From a virus (lineage: Duplodnaviria; Heunggongvirae; Uroviricota; Caudoviricetes): DNA of 64,000 nt. Both the position numbers and the translations under genes were made by a program. Below are positions 9,152-19,359 of the stretch, one piece after another (positions within the stretch are counted from its first letter, which is position 1; each line of letters starts with the position of its first letter). The DNA lies in IMG/VR virus record IMGVR_UViG_3300021407_000008, one strand, 5' to 3'. The notes under the pieces are model-generated. The model worked only from the letters and a program-made list of their open reading frames with translations. It was not told the origin of the DNA and searched no databases.

Positions 9152-9727
9152 ATGGAAAATCAATCAGCAGAAAATCACATCATAGTTTGCGGCCAAGTGT
9201 TTCCGTGGAAAGCGAAAGCGCCATATGTAATGAGCGGCCATTCCATCCTTGGAGCGCTTGAGTACAACCAAGAACAAGAAGTAGTAAAGTGTCACGAATG
9301 CGGCGACTGGTTTAAGGAATTGGGGGTTCACGTATTCCGCGCTCATGGGATTAAAGCCGCAACCTACAAGGCGGAGCGCGGCATTTCTTTTGGTAGTTCA
9401 CTTTCTGCAATAGGATCACGCAAACTACGCGCTAAAAACCTACGTCGTCGTGGGTTAGTCGGCAAGCATACTTTCAAGAAGGGCCATCAACCGCACGGCA
9501 ATGGCAGCTTTTCGCCAGAAGTCAGGAACCTGCACATGACGTGCAAGGCTCAGCTAATGCAGAAAGCGAGAGATTTAGCTATGCAATTGGGGAGGACTCC
9601 AACGGCAGACGAACTACGCGCTGCCGGAATGCACCATGGGGTTATCAGAAAGATGTTCGGGTTAAGTATTCGCGATTATTTGCTTAGCCTTGGAATCAAG
9701 CCAAGGCCAAAAGGTGTACGGAAATGA
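9152..9727 (+). CDS. Ros/MucR-like C2H2 zinc-finger protein (plus-strand moron)
   Basis: VKCHECGDWFKELGVHVFRAHGI resembles the Ros/MucR CxxC...HxxxxH finger. Confidence 0.4.
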   Translation: MENQSAENHIIVCGQVFPWKAKAPYVMSGHSILGALEYNQEQEVVKCHECGDWFKELGVHVFRAHGIKAATYKAERGISFGSSLSAIGSRKLRAKNLRRRGLVGKHTFKKGHQPHGNGSFSPEVRNLHMTCKAQLMQKARDLAMQLGRTPTADELRAAGMHHGVIRKMFGLSIRDYLLSLGIKPRPKGVRK

Positions 9728-9879
9728 CCGATATAGACCATTGCCCAAGATGCGGAGAATATCTGTCAGATGAAATGGGCCATATGTGTCCTAGCGACAA
9801 ATTTGAGTCAGACAAATTCGCCTCGTTGCAAGAATGTTTAGAAACAATACGCGCCGCACTCGATTTCGCACTTCCATAA
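9724..9879 (+). CDS. Small zinc-ribbon protein
   Basis: MTDIDHCPRCGEY...HMCP. ATGA overlap with the upstream plus-strand gene. Confidence 0.3.
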   Translation: MTDIDHCPRCGEYLSDEMGHMCPSDKFESDKFASLQECLETIRAALDFALP

Positions 9880-9913
9880 ACCGACAATTATTAACAACGA
9901 CAAAGATTTTTCT

Positions 9914-10027
9914 ATGGGCAATAATCCGATTGTAATATGTGACCAATGCGTAGAAAGAATGAGGAAAGCATTGGGACTAGGTAAAGACGAATCGGTTCCT
10001 ACGTCGTTCCAGTTGTGGGGCCATTAA
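9914..10027 (+). CDS. Small zinc-ribbon protein
   Basis: MGNNPIVICDQCVERM...; 37 aa. Confidence 0.25.
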   Translation: MGNNPIVICDQCVERMRKALGLGKDESVPTSFQLWGH

Positions 10028-11748
10028 CCCACCAAGCCAGCGGAAAGCCCGTACTCATCCCCATACATCTGCGCTCCGCCAATCTCAACAGGGCCGTAGT
10101 TGTTGACTGTGGTTGTTACGCCCATGCCGTGGTATCTAAGCAGTAAACTGACAGCCCGAGGTATGTCGTCGTGTCCATACCCGCCGCCAAATCGCGAGAA
10201 CTCCGTGTACAGTTCCGCTAAAAATGGCAAATCTTGACAAAAGAATAGTTTTCCCATGGGCGGCAACGGTTGGTCGTGTTGCTGCAAATTGATAAGCGCC
10301 TGCTGCTGCGCTTGTAAACTGTTTTGTATAACTGGTGCTTGTACTTGCGGCTTACCCAACAGCGTAGCCAAAGACAGAATCTCGTTAACCGTAGCATCCT
10401 TTTTGTTGGATACTTTCAGCCAGTCAATCGGAATCATTAACCCCAACTCGCGTTGGCGCATGTTTAATCCCGGCCCTAACAGTGTAGCCCCTACCGCCTG
10501 CTCAATTCCCATACGCTGTATTGGCCACTTTTTCCATGCAGAAATGATGTTGTCTATGATCTGCGGCGGATTCCAGCGGCCACGGAATAAGTCAATGATG
10601 TAGATATTCTTAAGTTCGTCAAACGCCCCGATGGCACCTACCGTGTAATCATTCCTACTAGATTGCTTGTAAGCTAAGTCCCAGACACCAAAGATAACCG
10701 AGTTTAGTGGAACTTTCTGGCGCGGGATAGTTTGCTTCTGTAGTAACTCTATCGGGAAGTAATCGCGCTCTGTCCCGATAGGGTGGTTCATATATTGTGC
10801 ATTGAAGTGGGTAGGATTTTCTTCCCATGCGTCTTGCAGGTTAAACTTATCCGCGTTCTTTATTGCTTCTTCTGGGGTGTCAGAGTTAATGCAGAATTTT
10901 TCGGGAAATAGGATTCCATCTTTGTTAAATAGTTTACCGTTTCCATCGGGCATTACGGCTGGATAAACGGCGATCTTCCACCCTTTAATGACTTCATGTA
11001 ATTGCTGGCCAAAGCGCATCTGTTCTGACAGTCCTAGTCGATCCAAAATCTTTCCATAGAGACACGCGAAGTTGTAGAACGTGCCGATTATTTGCGTGTA
11101 TCCTCCGGGATTAAGCAATGGTCTAGTCGCCTGCCAATCGTCCGCAACTCTGTCATTTTGGTCTACCCGTTGATTTGGGTTAATGCGGCTGTTGACTTCT
11201 GTAATTACGTCGTCGCCAATTCGGATGTCGTAGTGCGTCGAAGCCTTCACGCTATCTAGGGTAGAAATGCTTAGCGTCGGTTCTCTGCGGATTCTTGTAC
11301 GCACGTTGCGCGGTAGCCAGAATTCACCCTTGGCTCCAAACTCTCTAACGTTATCGTTTGGGATGTAGTCGGGGTAGAGTGCGCGGAAATCTGTGCAGGA
11401 AAGAAATATCTGCTTCAATTCTTCCACCATTCTAGTTGCAACATCTTGCGAACCAGAAAGCATGAGAATGGTTACGTTGGGGAAATTCAACATCCACGAA
11501 ATGCAATCCACCAGATCAAGGCTAGTTTTAAAATGGCCGCGTGGAGCCATTAACAACCGATTTTTGATAATGTCTTGCTGTGAAAATGGCTTGTTGAAAT
11601 TCTTTTGGACGAAGAAATCGCAGAACGGCCTATGGGTACGTTCGGTTAAATCGGGATAAACCGCACCTAGGATTTGCGATGCGAGAAAGAAGTTGTCACG
11701 CTTGCCGCGTAAGGCTACATCGGAAAGGACAAGACCCACACTACTCAC
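10024..11748 (-). CDS. terL: Terminase large subunit
   Basis: Walker A-like APRGHFKTS. 574 aa. Sits at the head-module start. Confidence 0.8.
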   Translation of the reverse strand: MSSVGLVLSDVALRGKRDNFFLASQILGAVYPDLTERTHRPFCDFFVQKNFNKPFSQQDIIKNRLLMAPRGHFKTSLDLVDCISWMLNFPNVTILMLSGSQDVATRMVEELKQIFLSCTDFRALYPDYIPNDNVREFGAKGEFWLPRNVRTRIRREPTLSISTLDSVKASTHYDIRIGDDVITEVNSRINPNQRVDQNDRVADDWQATRPLLNPGGYTQIIGTFYNFACLYGKILDRLGLSEQMRFGQQLHEVIKGWKIAVYPAVMPDGNGKLFNKDGILFPEKFCINSDTPEEAIKNADKFNLQDAWEENPTHFNAQYMNHPIGTERDYFPIELLQKQTIPRQKVPLNSVIFGVWDLAYKQSSRNDYTVGAIGAFDELKNIYIIDLFRGRWNPPQIIDNIISAWKKWPIQRMGIEQAVGATLLGPGLNMRQRELGLMIPIDWLKVSNKKDATVNEILSLATLLGKPQVQAPVIQNSLQAQQQALINLQQHDQPLPPMGKLFFCQDLPFLAELYTEFSRFGGGYGHDDIPRAVSLLLRYHGMGVTTTVNNYGPVEIGGAQMYGDEYGLSAGLVG

Positions 11749-11913
11749 CTATCGCTTTTTTAGCTTCGGAGAGGGCTATAACTAGACGTTGGCTTTTCTT
11801 GGCTAGTGGCCCCTTCTTGGAGCCAGAATGAAGCTTGCCAGCCTTTCCCTCCCGCATCACCTTGGCGATTTTAGCCTTAGCTTTGGGGCTAGATAAAAGA
11901 CTGGCCATAATCT

Positions 11914-12195
11914 CTAACGATCAGAAACCTTCTGTGTATATTTCTGGGATTCAGGAAACCCGTCGCGGTAACTCTCTTGCAGAGTTTTTCCCGCCAAGGT
12001 AGCCATATCCGATAGTGATTGCTCCTTAGGGCCGCCGCCGTGCGAGTCGAAGTTTTCCAGAGAAATAACCGGACCAGAAGGAAATGCCAAATCCTTGGTC
12101 TTGTTGATTACTTCCTCTTGAACTCCGCCGCCAGCAGGACCGCCACCGGGGCCAAACAAGTTGTCTTTATTTCCTTCGTGATACATCGTAGCCAT
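11914..12195 (-). CDS. Hypothetical Gly-rich protein
   Basis: ORF in a co-directional array. Confidence 0.35.
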   Translation of the reverse strand: MATMYHEGNKDNLFGPGGGPAGGGVQEEVINKTKDLAFPSGPVISLENFDSHGGGPKEQSLSDMATLAGKTLQESYRDGFPESQKYTQKVSDR

Positions 12196-12210
12196 AGTAT
12201 TACTCCTTTG

Positions 12211-12600
12211 TTAAACGATTGGGCCTTTGCCCGCATTCTTAGCTGGATTCTTGCCGACCATCTTTGGTGCAATCATTTTTGAAGCCGTAGGCGCATTCTC
12301 GCGATGCGCGTTTTTGCTGCCTAGTGGATGCACGTAACTGCCGTTTTCCATTCCCATTGGGCTGGCTGCTGGCACTTTGTAAGACTGATTAAGTGCATGA
12401 CCACCAAGAAATGCCGCGTCTTGCGGATTATTTACATGGCTGGCAACTTCTTCTATGTTGCCGCCCTTGGTCATCTTGCGAGCGTAACCGTACTGGGCCT
12501 TCACATAAAGATTGTAGGGATTGTTTAGGAAGGGTGTAAAACCATGCAAGCGATTGCTATCGTGAATCGCTTGCAGCCGTTCATCGTTTGCGATTGACAC
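12211..12600 (-). CDS. Hypothetical protein
   Basis: ORF in a co-directional array. Confidence 0.35.
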   Translation of the reverse strand: MSIANDERLQAIHDSNRLHGFTPFLNNPYNLYVKAQYGYARKMTKGGNIEEVASHVNNPQDAAFLGGHALNQSYKVPAASPMGMENGSYVHPLGSKNAHRENAPTASKMIAPKMVGKNPAKNAGKGPIV

Positions 12601-12789
12601 ATCCTCGCGAAAGCCATCTGAGGCTGGAATTCCCGTTTCGCCTGAATCAACCCGATAGCCGGTTAACGATTCAGTGTCGGCACCCTTTACCCTCAGCCGC
12701 CTCGGGTGCGAAATCTCCGTTGATGCCTTCGCTCAGTCCTGCGTGTCTTTCTGTTGGGTGGAATGTATCTCTACGTTCCGTAGATACCG

Positions 12790-13080
12790 TTAACCAATGA
12801 GTTCATTTAATTCTTCCATGAAGCCTTCAAGTCGGCAAAGTTCAGAATTGGCGGAACCTAAATGTGCTAGTAGCGATGGTTCCGATGTCAACTTATCATT
12901 GCATCCATTTGGCGGCGCTGGCTGTACTCCGCGAATGCGATTCAAAACTTTAACTAATCGTTCATTGGCGCTGGCAATTCTGCACACAACTTGATTGGCG
13001 GTGTTATGTACACCATTGGGAACGGCTTGTGGAGCCGGACAAGATGCTTGCACTGACTGCATTCCAGCGGTGCCGTACAT
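12790..13080 (-). CDS. Hypothetical protein
   Basis: ORF; ATGA-type junction with the next gene. Confidence 0.35.
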   Translation of the reverse strand: MYGTAGMQSVQASCPAPQAVPNGVHNTANQVVCRIASANERLVKVLNRIRGVQPAPPNGCNDKLTSEPSLLAHLGSANSELCRLEGFMEELNELIG

Positions 13081-13580
13081 TACTTTTTCTCCTTGCTATC
13101 AGATGCCGGTTTGGCCGCTGGCGTTTCGTGAACTCTTTCCCAAATATAACCAACGCCTAAACGCCACTTAGTTTGGTCTACGCCTTTGTATATGGCGGTT
13201 AGCGAAGCCGAATAGTCGTCTGCTGCCTTAACGTATTCCTTGCCCTCTGGCGAGGCTAGAATCTTATTCTTGGCTATGTCTAAAGCGGCATCGGCCTTAC
13301 TTTTGGCGTTAAGCGCGTCCGAGTATTCCTTCCAAATTGGTTGCGCCTGAAGTTTGTTCAAGCTAGGATCAATCGCGTCACGCTGCGCGTAGAGCACTAG
13401 CTTTTGGTCGCGGCTAAGCGGTGCTGGAGTGTCTGATACCGCTTTGTTGGTTGGCAAGGTTAGGTCGCCAGCGGGAACCGTGGTTGAACCATTTTGGGCC
13501 AAGCAAGCTAAAGAAAAAAGCAGAACAAAGATTATATTTTTCATTGCGAGAATCCTAAACTGTGAGATTGGATTTGTCAA
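13080..13580 (-). CDS. Secreted protein (signal peptide)
   Basis: MKNIIFVLLFSLACLAQ signal peptide if the internal start is used. Confidence 0.4.
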   Translation of the reverse strand: MTNPISQFRILAMKNIIFVLLFSLACLAQNGSTTVPAGDLTLPTNKAVSDTPAPLSRDQKLVLYAQRDAIDPSLNKLQAQPIWKEYSDALNAKSKADAALDIAKNKILASPEGKEYVKAADDYSASLTAIYKGVDQTKWRLGVGYIWERVHETPAAKPASDSKEKK

Positions 13581-13581
13581 A

Positions 13582-13965
13582 CTAAATTGGGCATTCCTTA
13601 GTCGGCCCTACGTGTTGGTCGGCTCCGTAACCGCATTGTCTACATGGTGGACTAGCTACACGTTTACCGCGTATGTCCGCGTGCTGCTGCTTAAATTGCT
13701 GTTCGCTTACACAGATTTTACAGTTGGCTGCTGGCTGTATCTTGTGGTTTTTTTGGTGCCAATTGATATATTCCCAATTCTGTCTTTCGCTGGCAGTAGC
13801 GAATTCATCATTCGCGTCTACTGTAAATTCACGAAATATATTCCCTTTGCTATCGGCCCTTGTGCCCGAGAAGGAACTTTTCAAGCCCCTGATCGAGCCT
13901 GCTTGCCAAGCCTCTAGCTCTGCTTGTGTACACGGTCTAAGATTTTCAGTTTGATCGTCAGACAT
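13582..13965 (-). CDS. Cys-rich hypothetical protein
   Basis: C-terminal CxxC...CxxC cluster. Confidence 0.35.
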   Translation of the reverse strand: MSDDQTENLRPCTQAELEAWQAGSIRGLKSSFSGTRADSKGNIFREFTVDANDEFATASERQNWEYINWHQKNHKIQPAANCKICVSEQQFKQQHADIRGKRVASPPCRQCGYGADQHVGPTKECPI

Positions 13966-14096
13966 ACGTTAAACGTATTTTCATAAGAATAATCGGCGGG
14001 GCTGATTCATGGGGCCAAGAAAGAGGGAAACCACGTTTGCCCGTTTACGCATCTCGCGTAACACCACTTGCTCACCCGCCGAACGGTCAGTATAAA

Positions 14097-15365
14097 CTAC
14101 CAATCAACCAAAAGTCCACCGCTCGTTCCACCGCCGCCCGTTTGCGATGCACCAGTTTCGTTTCCGCCACCGCCGCCATCCCACCCGCTTTCTGGTTCCG
14201 AGTAGAGTATATTGCTTTTTGCCAACGCTTCCGTAACTGCATTTCCTTGCGACGTGGCGAGTCCCAATAGCCACGGAATATTCGGCGGCCCGCCCTCGCT
14301 AATCATCCCTTCCATGGCGGCTATCTCTTCATCTATGCCGGTAAATCCCGTGTGCCACCAGATCACGTCTGCCGTGGAATTACCGAAATCATTCTTACTG
14401 GTAGGCGGTGGGAGAGGTGCTGGCACTTCTACTATTTGGTTAATTGTTGGCGATGTGCTTGGGCCGTAGTTTGTATCGCCAGAATAAACACCAAAAACCG
14501 GATGTGTTCCAAGTCCCAAAATTGCGGTTGAATATTGCGCGGTTGCCATCCCTGCGCCAGCGGCGGATACGGCTACGGTTGTGACGTTAGAACCATCTAT
14601 GTTGAACGTAACCGTACCGGTGGGCGAACCAACGCCTCCGGGGCCGTTTACTGTAGCCGTAAATGTAACCAATTGCCCAAGGATTGACGGGTTGACGCTA
14701 CTAGTAATCGCAGTAGTAGTGGGGGTTATTACTGGCGCTGATTCATAAAAGAATATGCCTACGGCTGACAGGGTTTGCTGTGCGATACTTAGTGTGAATG
14801 TTGCTTGCTGTGTCCCGTTGCCTAGAAGGTAAGCGTTGCCACCACCATAGCTCCCAATAGGCGTGAATTTATCTAGCGTCCATCCAGAACTGACACTACA
14901 AACGGTTGCATTCGAAAAATTACCCCAACCCGGACCAGAAGCGTAAAAAGATGTTCCGGTTGCAGGCCCGACCAGAGATGGGCCAACCAAACTGCTAACG
15001 CTTCCACTGCTATTCGACGTTCCGTGAACTACGGTAAAAGCAAGATTGTTTCCACTTAACTCATAAACACCAGCGAAGAATAACTGGAGATTACCGCCTA
15101 CACTAGCAAACGTAATAGACGTACACGGCTTGGTGGTTTGCAGTATCCACCAAATTATCTCTATAGCTCCCGATGCTATCCCTGAAGGATTTTTAACCAA
15201 GACTTCGCCTTGGTCGGTAGTGAAGCTACCCTTCTGGCCGCCTTCTGCGCCAGTAGCTAGTAGCAACCAGTTACCAGCAGTAGAAGGCACAGAGAGATTA
15301 AACGTGCCAGAATTCGGCAAGCTAGCGTTTGTGTATATAGTTTTATTGACTAAGGAGACGGCCAT
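14097..15365 (-). CDS. Structural protein with a bacterial Ig-like domain and a Gly-rich C-terminus (tail fibre or virion-associated)
   Basis: The TVTFNIDGSNVTTVAV...YSGDTNYGPS segment is Ig-like. C-terminus carries GGGGNETGASQTGGGG. Confidence 0.4.
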   Translation of the reverse strand: MAVSLVNKTIYTNASLPNSGTFNLSVPSTAGNWLLLATGAEGGQKGSFTTDQGEVLVKNPSGIASGAIEIIWWILQTTKPCTSITFASVGGNLQLFFAGVYELSGNNLAFTVVHGTSNSSGSVSSLVGPSLVGPATGTSFYASGPGWGNFSNATVCSVSSGWTLDKFTPIGSYGGGNAYLLGNGTQQATFTLSIAQQTLSAVGIFFYESAPVITPTTTAITSSVNPSILGQLVTFTATVNGPGGVGSPTGTVTFNIDGSNVTTVAVSAAGAGMATAQYSTAILGLGTHPVFGVYSGDTNYGPSTSPTINQIVEVPAPLPPPTSKNDFGNSTADVIWWHTGFTGIDEEIAAMEGMISEGGPPNIPWLLGLATSQGNAVTEALAKSNILYSEPESGWDGGGGGNETGASQTGGGGTSGGLLVDW

Positions 15366-15750
15366 GCTGTGATTTTATGGGAAGTGTATTTGAAAGGATT
15401 TAGGCTGCGTCATTTCTGAGCAGGCTTCTCGCAAGGAGATGGCCGTAGCCGACCACCGTACCCGCCTAGTTTGCTCCTATTTCGGCAGCAGCCCTCGCAG
15501 CCTAAACTTGTTCGGCCTGTTTTATATCCCACAACGTTCTTGCGTGGAACTTGGCCGCCGCAATGCTCATCGGCGGCTCTGCTTTGCAAACCATTTCTAC
15601 GGCCTTACTGCGAATAAATTGCTGTCTGCCCGTTCGCTCACGTTTTCTCTTTGGAAGACAGCAAAACCTGCATGTCGGTTTTGCCGTTAAAAATGTGACG
15701 CTTGTATTGGACTCCATTGCGTAGGCACATTGACATGTAGCGATTATACT

Positions 15751-16029
15751 CTATCCCGAGTATCCGCTAGTCATTGTTTGCGGACCACCATCCATGGTTG
15801 GGTCTGTGCTTCCGGGAGCGGGAGATGATACTGATCCATTACCCATAGTTGCCGAGCGGCCTACTGTGTTGCCGCTACCTACGACCGCTTGTTGTGGTCG
15901 TGTGGCTGGTCTTTGGGCGGGACCAAAGAAACCAGGATTGCTAGAAAATACGTGAGGATTAGCTAGCGGCTCTAAACCCTTTGGGTTATCTGCCGATAAA
16001 TCGCTGAATTGCTTGTATGGTTCGCACAT
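15751..16029 (-). CDS. Hypothetical Gly/Pro-rich protein
   Basis: ORF in the array. Confidence 0.3.
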   Translation of the reverse strand: MCEPYKQFSDLSADNPKGLEPLANPHVFSSNPGFFGPAQRPATRPQQAVVGSGNTVGRSATMGNGSVSSPAPGSTDPTMDGGPQTMTSGYSG

Positions 16030-16031
16030 GA

Positions 16032-16229
16032 TTATGCTCCCTTGATTGGCTTAGTGGTATTCGGCACGCCGAATTTCAAATCTTCCTCGGTTTTTTCTGA
16101 TTCGATGTCGTTGTGCAACGCTTCCGCGCCATATTGCCAGTCGCAAGCCCGACGAAGATAGTTATCATATTGTGCAGCCGCATTACCCTGCCCACCCGGA
16201 GTGCCGCGTTTTTGTATAATATCCATCAC
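16032..16229 (-). CDS. Hypothetical small protein
   Basis: ORF in the array. Confidence 0.3.
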   Translation of the reverse strand: MMDIIQKRGTPGGQGNAAAQYDNYLRRACDWQYGAEALHNDIESEKTEEDLKFGVPNTTKPIKGA

Positions 16230-16546
16230 TTTTCTCCTAGCGAAGCTAAACGTTTTGCAAGTTCTGGCGTTATAACCGATTCTACCGCTTGCCCAGATTC
16301 CGCCTTAGCTTCGTGCTTTTTCTTTCTACGTTCGTTGACGGCTGCAAATCTTTGTTTCTTGCGAGCCAAATCTAGGTCCAGAAGGTATTTTACACTCATC
16401 TTACGTTCAACTTCAGAAGCTTCTACCTTGCCGGTAACAATGTCTTGGGCTAATTTCTCGCCAAACGTAATAGCAGAGCCACGTTCGCTGCGTGCGTCAT
16501 GTGCCTGTTTAATTCCTACTACTTTAGTTTCCGCCAATCTTAACAC
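16226..16546 (-). CDS. Hypothetical K/E-rich protein
   Basis: ORF; ATGA-type coupling. Confidence 0.35.
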   Translation of the reverse strand: MLRLAETKVVGIKQAHDARSERGSAITFGEKLAQDIVTGKVEASEVERKMSVKYLLDLDLARKKQRFAAVNERRKKKHEAKAESGQAVESVITPELAKRLASLGEK

Positions 16547-16796
16547 CGTCCTTGACTATATAATCAGCCGCTCCCATATAGAATCGCGACGGGTGATCGT
16601 AGACAAACAACTTTCTAACCACCGGAACCATGGGGTTGTGCCTAATACTGCCAGACTCGAATTCTTTTTGTCCTTGCGAGCATCCCGTATCACTACAGGA
16701 TGCCACGGAATCACCAAATCTATTATCCGCGCAAGCCATGGGTTTATTACATTCTCCGCAGTGTAATTGGCCATCTATGTAAATGGGATTCTTCAT
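16524..16796 (-). CDS. Cys-rich small protein
   Basis: CGECNKPMAC...CSDTGC. Confidence 0.3.
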   Translation of the reverse strand: MKNPIYIDGQLHCGECNKPMACADNRFGDSVASCSDTGCSQGQKEFESGSIRHNPMVPVVRKLFVYDHPSRFYMGAADYIVKDGVKIGGN

Positions 16797-17173
16797 AAAT
16801 TCTCTGTAGCTATAATTTTAATCCAGTAGTGTACGCCAACGCCAACCCACAGATATTGAGCGGTTACAAATTGGTCGCCAGTAGAAGGCGATTTTACTTT
16901 CCATAGTTGATGGCCGCTACCGCAGGTTGGACATTTTATACTCGTAAAAATTTCACCAGAATATAGCTTTGGAGCTTCTATTAAACATTGACCATTTACA
17001 GTGTGGTCGCATTTTATATCTAGTGTTATTACGTCGCCCTTATCTGCCCCTATGTTAATAAACAGCCCATAACCGCCATGGTTTTCGATATATATTTTGT
17101 TAGTGATAAGCGTGGATTGGGCTAAGCAAGTAGAAGCCAACAACACGAAGCTAGATAACCATTTCAATGGCAA
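16793..17173 (-). CDS. Secreted protein (signal peptide)
   Basis: Signal peptide MPLKWLSSFVLLASTCLAQS. Confidence 0.4.
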   Translation of the reverse strand: MPLKWLSSFVLLASTCLAQSTLITNKIYIENHGGYGLFINIGADKGDVITLDIKCDHTVNGQCLIEAPKLYSGEIFTSIKCPTCGSGHQLWKVKSPSTGDQFVTAQYLWVGVGVHYWIKIIATENL

Positions 17174-17541
17174 CCAGAACCGAATATCAATCCGGCATTT
17201 GTACCAGAACCAGATAAGACTGCGTTAGGGCAAGCGGTAAGCGCTGGTCCCGCTGGTCCTTGTGCGCCAGTGGCACCGGTTGGTCCTTGTGGACCGGCAA
17301 CAGCAAGTGCTACATAAGCCCCGCCAGCGAAACTGGTGTACCACTGATAGCTTGTTCCGCTACCAACCGCGCAGAGATATGCCTGATTCGATGGGCTGGG
17401 CGGGCACTGCGCTACCGTTGGGGCGATTGGACCAGAACCGATAGCGCCGAAGGACTGCGCCGAAACGGATGACACGCGGGAAATCCAGACCGCGAAGCCA
17501 ATTAAGATTACAACGAAACCGATTAACGACCGTTGCTTCAT
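17164..17541 (-). CDS. Collagen-like repeat protein with a signal peptide
   Basis: GPQGPTGATGAQGPAGP repeats in the GXY pattern. N-terminal signal peptide. Confidence 0.5.
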   Translation of the reverse strand: MKQRSLIGFVVILIGFAVWISRVSSVSAQSFGAIGSGPIAPTVAQCPPSPSNQAYLCAVGSGTSYQWYTSFAGGAYVALAVAGPQGPTGATGAQGPAGPALTACPNAVLSGSGTNAGLIFGSGCH

Positions 17542-19359
17542 TTAGTGAACTCCTACGTTTGCGCCTATGCCGATGTTGTTTCCGAAGGCTGCACCGGGGA
17601 ATACTACGGCTGAATACTGGTACGCTCCAATATCCCAGCACGGCAGACTACCTTGCGAAGTACAGGTTCCTGTAGCCGGACGAGCAATGGTGACCCGAGT
17701 GTTTCCTTTGGTCGTATCGTTGGCTAAGGTCGCCAGATTGCCGGTCGCAAAGCTACTAAGATCGGCCCCCTGAAGGATGATTGGAGAACCCGTCTGCGGC
17801 GATCCGTCTGAGTTCAACTGTATCGGCCACGATGAATAGACGTTCGCGGAAAATGATCCTCCAGCACTGGGGCTTACCGTGATAGAAGTTGGACTGTTGT
17901 AGGCCGTGACTGTGAATTCGTGGTAAGAACTAGTGAACAGGGAAAATGTATTCGTACCAACCATCGCAGGCACAAACTGTGGCCCAGAGGACCAAGTGAC
18001 GGCGGTGTTGTTTATGCTGGCCCTTCCCTCGTAGAGTGCACTGGAATGAGCATCACAGGAACACGCAGTCTGGAAGGCGGAGAAAGTTCCTTCCGAGGTT
18101 CCCTTCCAGTAGAAGCAATTGTTGCTGGCACCGCACGGTCCCCCGTAGATGTTGTAATCGAGTGTTGCCGTTGAACCGCCTGAGAATGTCCCGATATTAA
18201 TTCCCTGTGGACATTGCTGCTCCACATTATTCTCGAAAGTCAGGGCAGCGCCCTGCTGCTGGATCGACCAGCCAGCAGTGGTGTTGTCGAAAAAGTTAGG
18301 ACATAGCAAGGTGTTGTTGAATACTTGGGTCACTCCGCTCAGGCCGGAGAATAGTCCCACCCATCCGTTCGGATCAGCACCGTCTGCCTGGGAGGCATCG
18401 AATACGTTGTTCCACACGTAGGTATTACTGGCATTCGACATGGACGGCGAACCCTGCTCCATGAAGATGAACCCGGACGAACAAGCGCCGGACAGTAAAC
18501 CGTGAAACCAATTGTTGTAAATGTAGACGCCGTTCATGGTCGAACCTGCGACGCCGAAAGTGTGCAGACCATCGAGATGGTAGGTGCATCCCGAGGTTTC
18601 CCAATTCAGATTAGAGCCGAACTGGTTGTCATGCATGATGAAGCACGGAGCGGTGCAGGATATGGCGGAGCCGGTGGCGTATGCCGCCGCGTGATCCCAG
18701 TTCGTAATCACATTGTTAAAGATTTGGACGTTAGTGTCGCCGGAGCCGTAATTCGTATAAACGCACCATCCGCAGTCATGGATGACGTTGCCGGAAATTG
18801 TATTATTTTGCCCACTGTAGACGATGGCGTTCATTTGCGTTGCAGCCCCGCCGAGCGGGGAACCAAAGTTCTGAATGGCCACGTAGATGTTGGCAATCGT
18901 TAGGTTCTCAACAATGCAACTGGTGCATGGAGCCTCGAACACACCGATGGAAATATGTTGATTCGCCAACCCGTCGCCGTTAGCCGTGTTCTGAATCGTC
19001 CCCGTATTTTGCCCGTTGACAGTGATCCAACTTTGTCCGTGGATGTCCAGGCATCCGTTTGACCCGTTGCAGTAAGGGGCTTGAAGGATAGCTCCAGTGT
19101 CGAACAGTATCGTAATCGGACTGCCCGATGTGCCGCTGGCGTTCACGGTGACAATCGTTGCTCCCGCCGAGCCGGTGAACGTGCCGCATAGGTAATAGGT
19201 ATTGCCTGCCGTCCAAGTGACTGAACCCGGAGTGACGGCTGTCTGGCCGTTGCAGGCCGTGCCTCCGGTAAAGGTGCCAGCCGTGGCTGCGATGTAGACG
19301 GTCGCAGCGTGCCCGAGTGAGCATAGCAGCAGAACCGCGATGAGGTAGCGTCTTACCAT
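17542..19359 (-). CDS. Right-handed beta-helix protein (pectate-lyase fold; tailspike or depolymerase-like) with a signal peptide
   Basis: Repeating NNxI/GNVIHD parallel beta-helix rungs. N-terminal signal peptide MVRRYLIAVLLLCSLGHA. Confidence 0.5.
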   Translation of the reverse strand: MVRRYLIAVLLLCSLGHAATVYIAATAGTFTGGTACNGQTAVTPGSVTWTAGNTYYLCGTFTGSAGATIVTVNASGTSGSPITILFDTGAILQAPYCNGSNGCLDIHGQSWITVNGQNTGTIQNTANGDGLANQHISIGVFEAPCTSCIVENLTIANIYVAIQNFGSPLGGAATQMNAIVYSGQNNTISGNVIHDCGWCVYTNYGSGDTNVQIFNNVITNWDHAAAYATGSAISCTAPCFIMHDNQFGSNLNWETSGCTYHLDGLHTFGVAGSTMNGVYIYNNWFHGLLSGACSSGFIFMEQGSPSMSNASNTYVWNNVFDASQADGADPNGWVGLFSGLSGVTQVFNNTLLCPNFFDNTTAGWSIQQQGAALTFENNVEQQCPQGINIGTFSGGSTATLDYNIYGGPCGASNNCFYWKGTSEGTFSAFQTACSCDAHSSALYEGRASINNTAVTWSSGPQFVPAMVGTNTFSLFTSSYHEFTVTAYNSPTSITVSPSAGGSFSANVYSSWPIQLNSDGSPQTGSPIILQGADLSSFATGNLATLANDTTKGNTRVTIARPATGTCTSQGSLPCWDIGAYQYSAVVFPGAAFGNNIGIGANVGVH

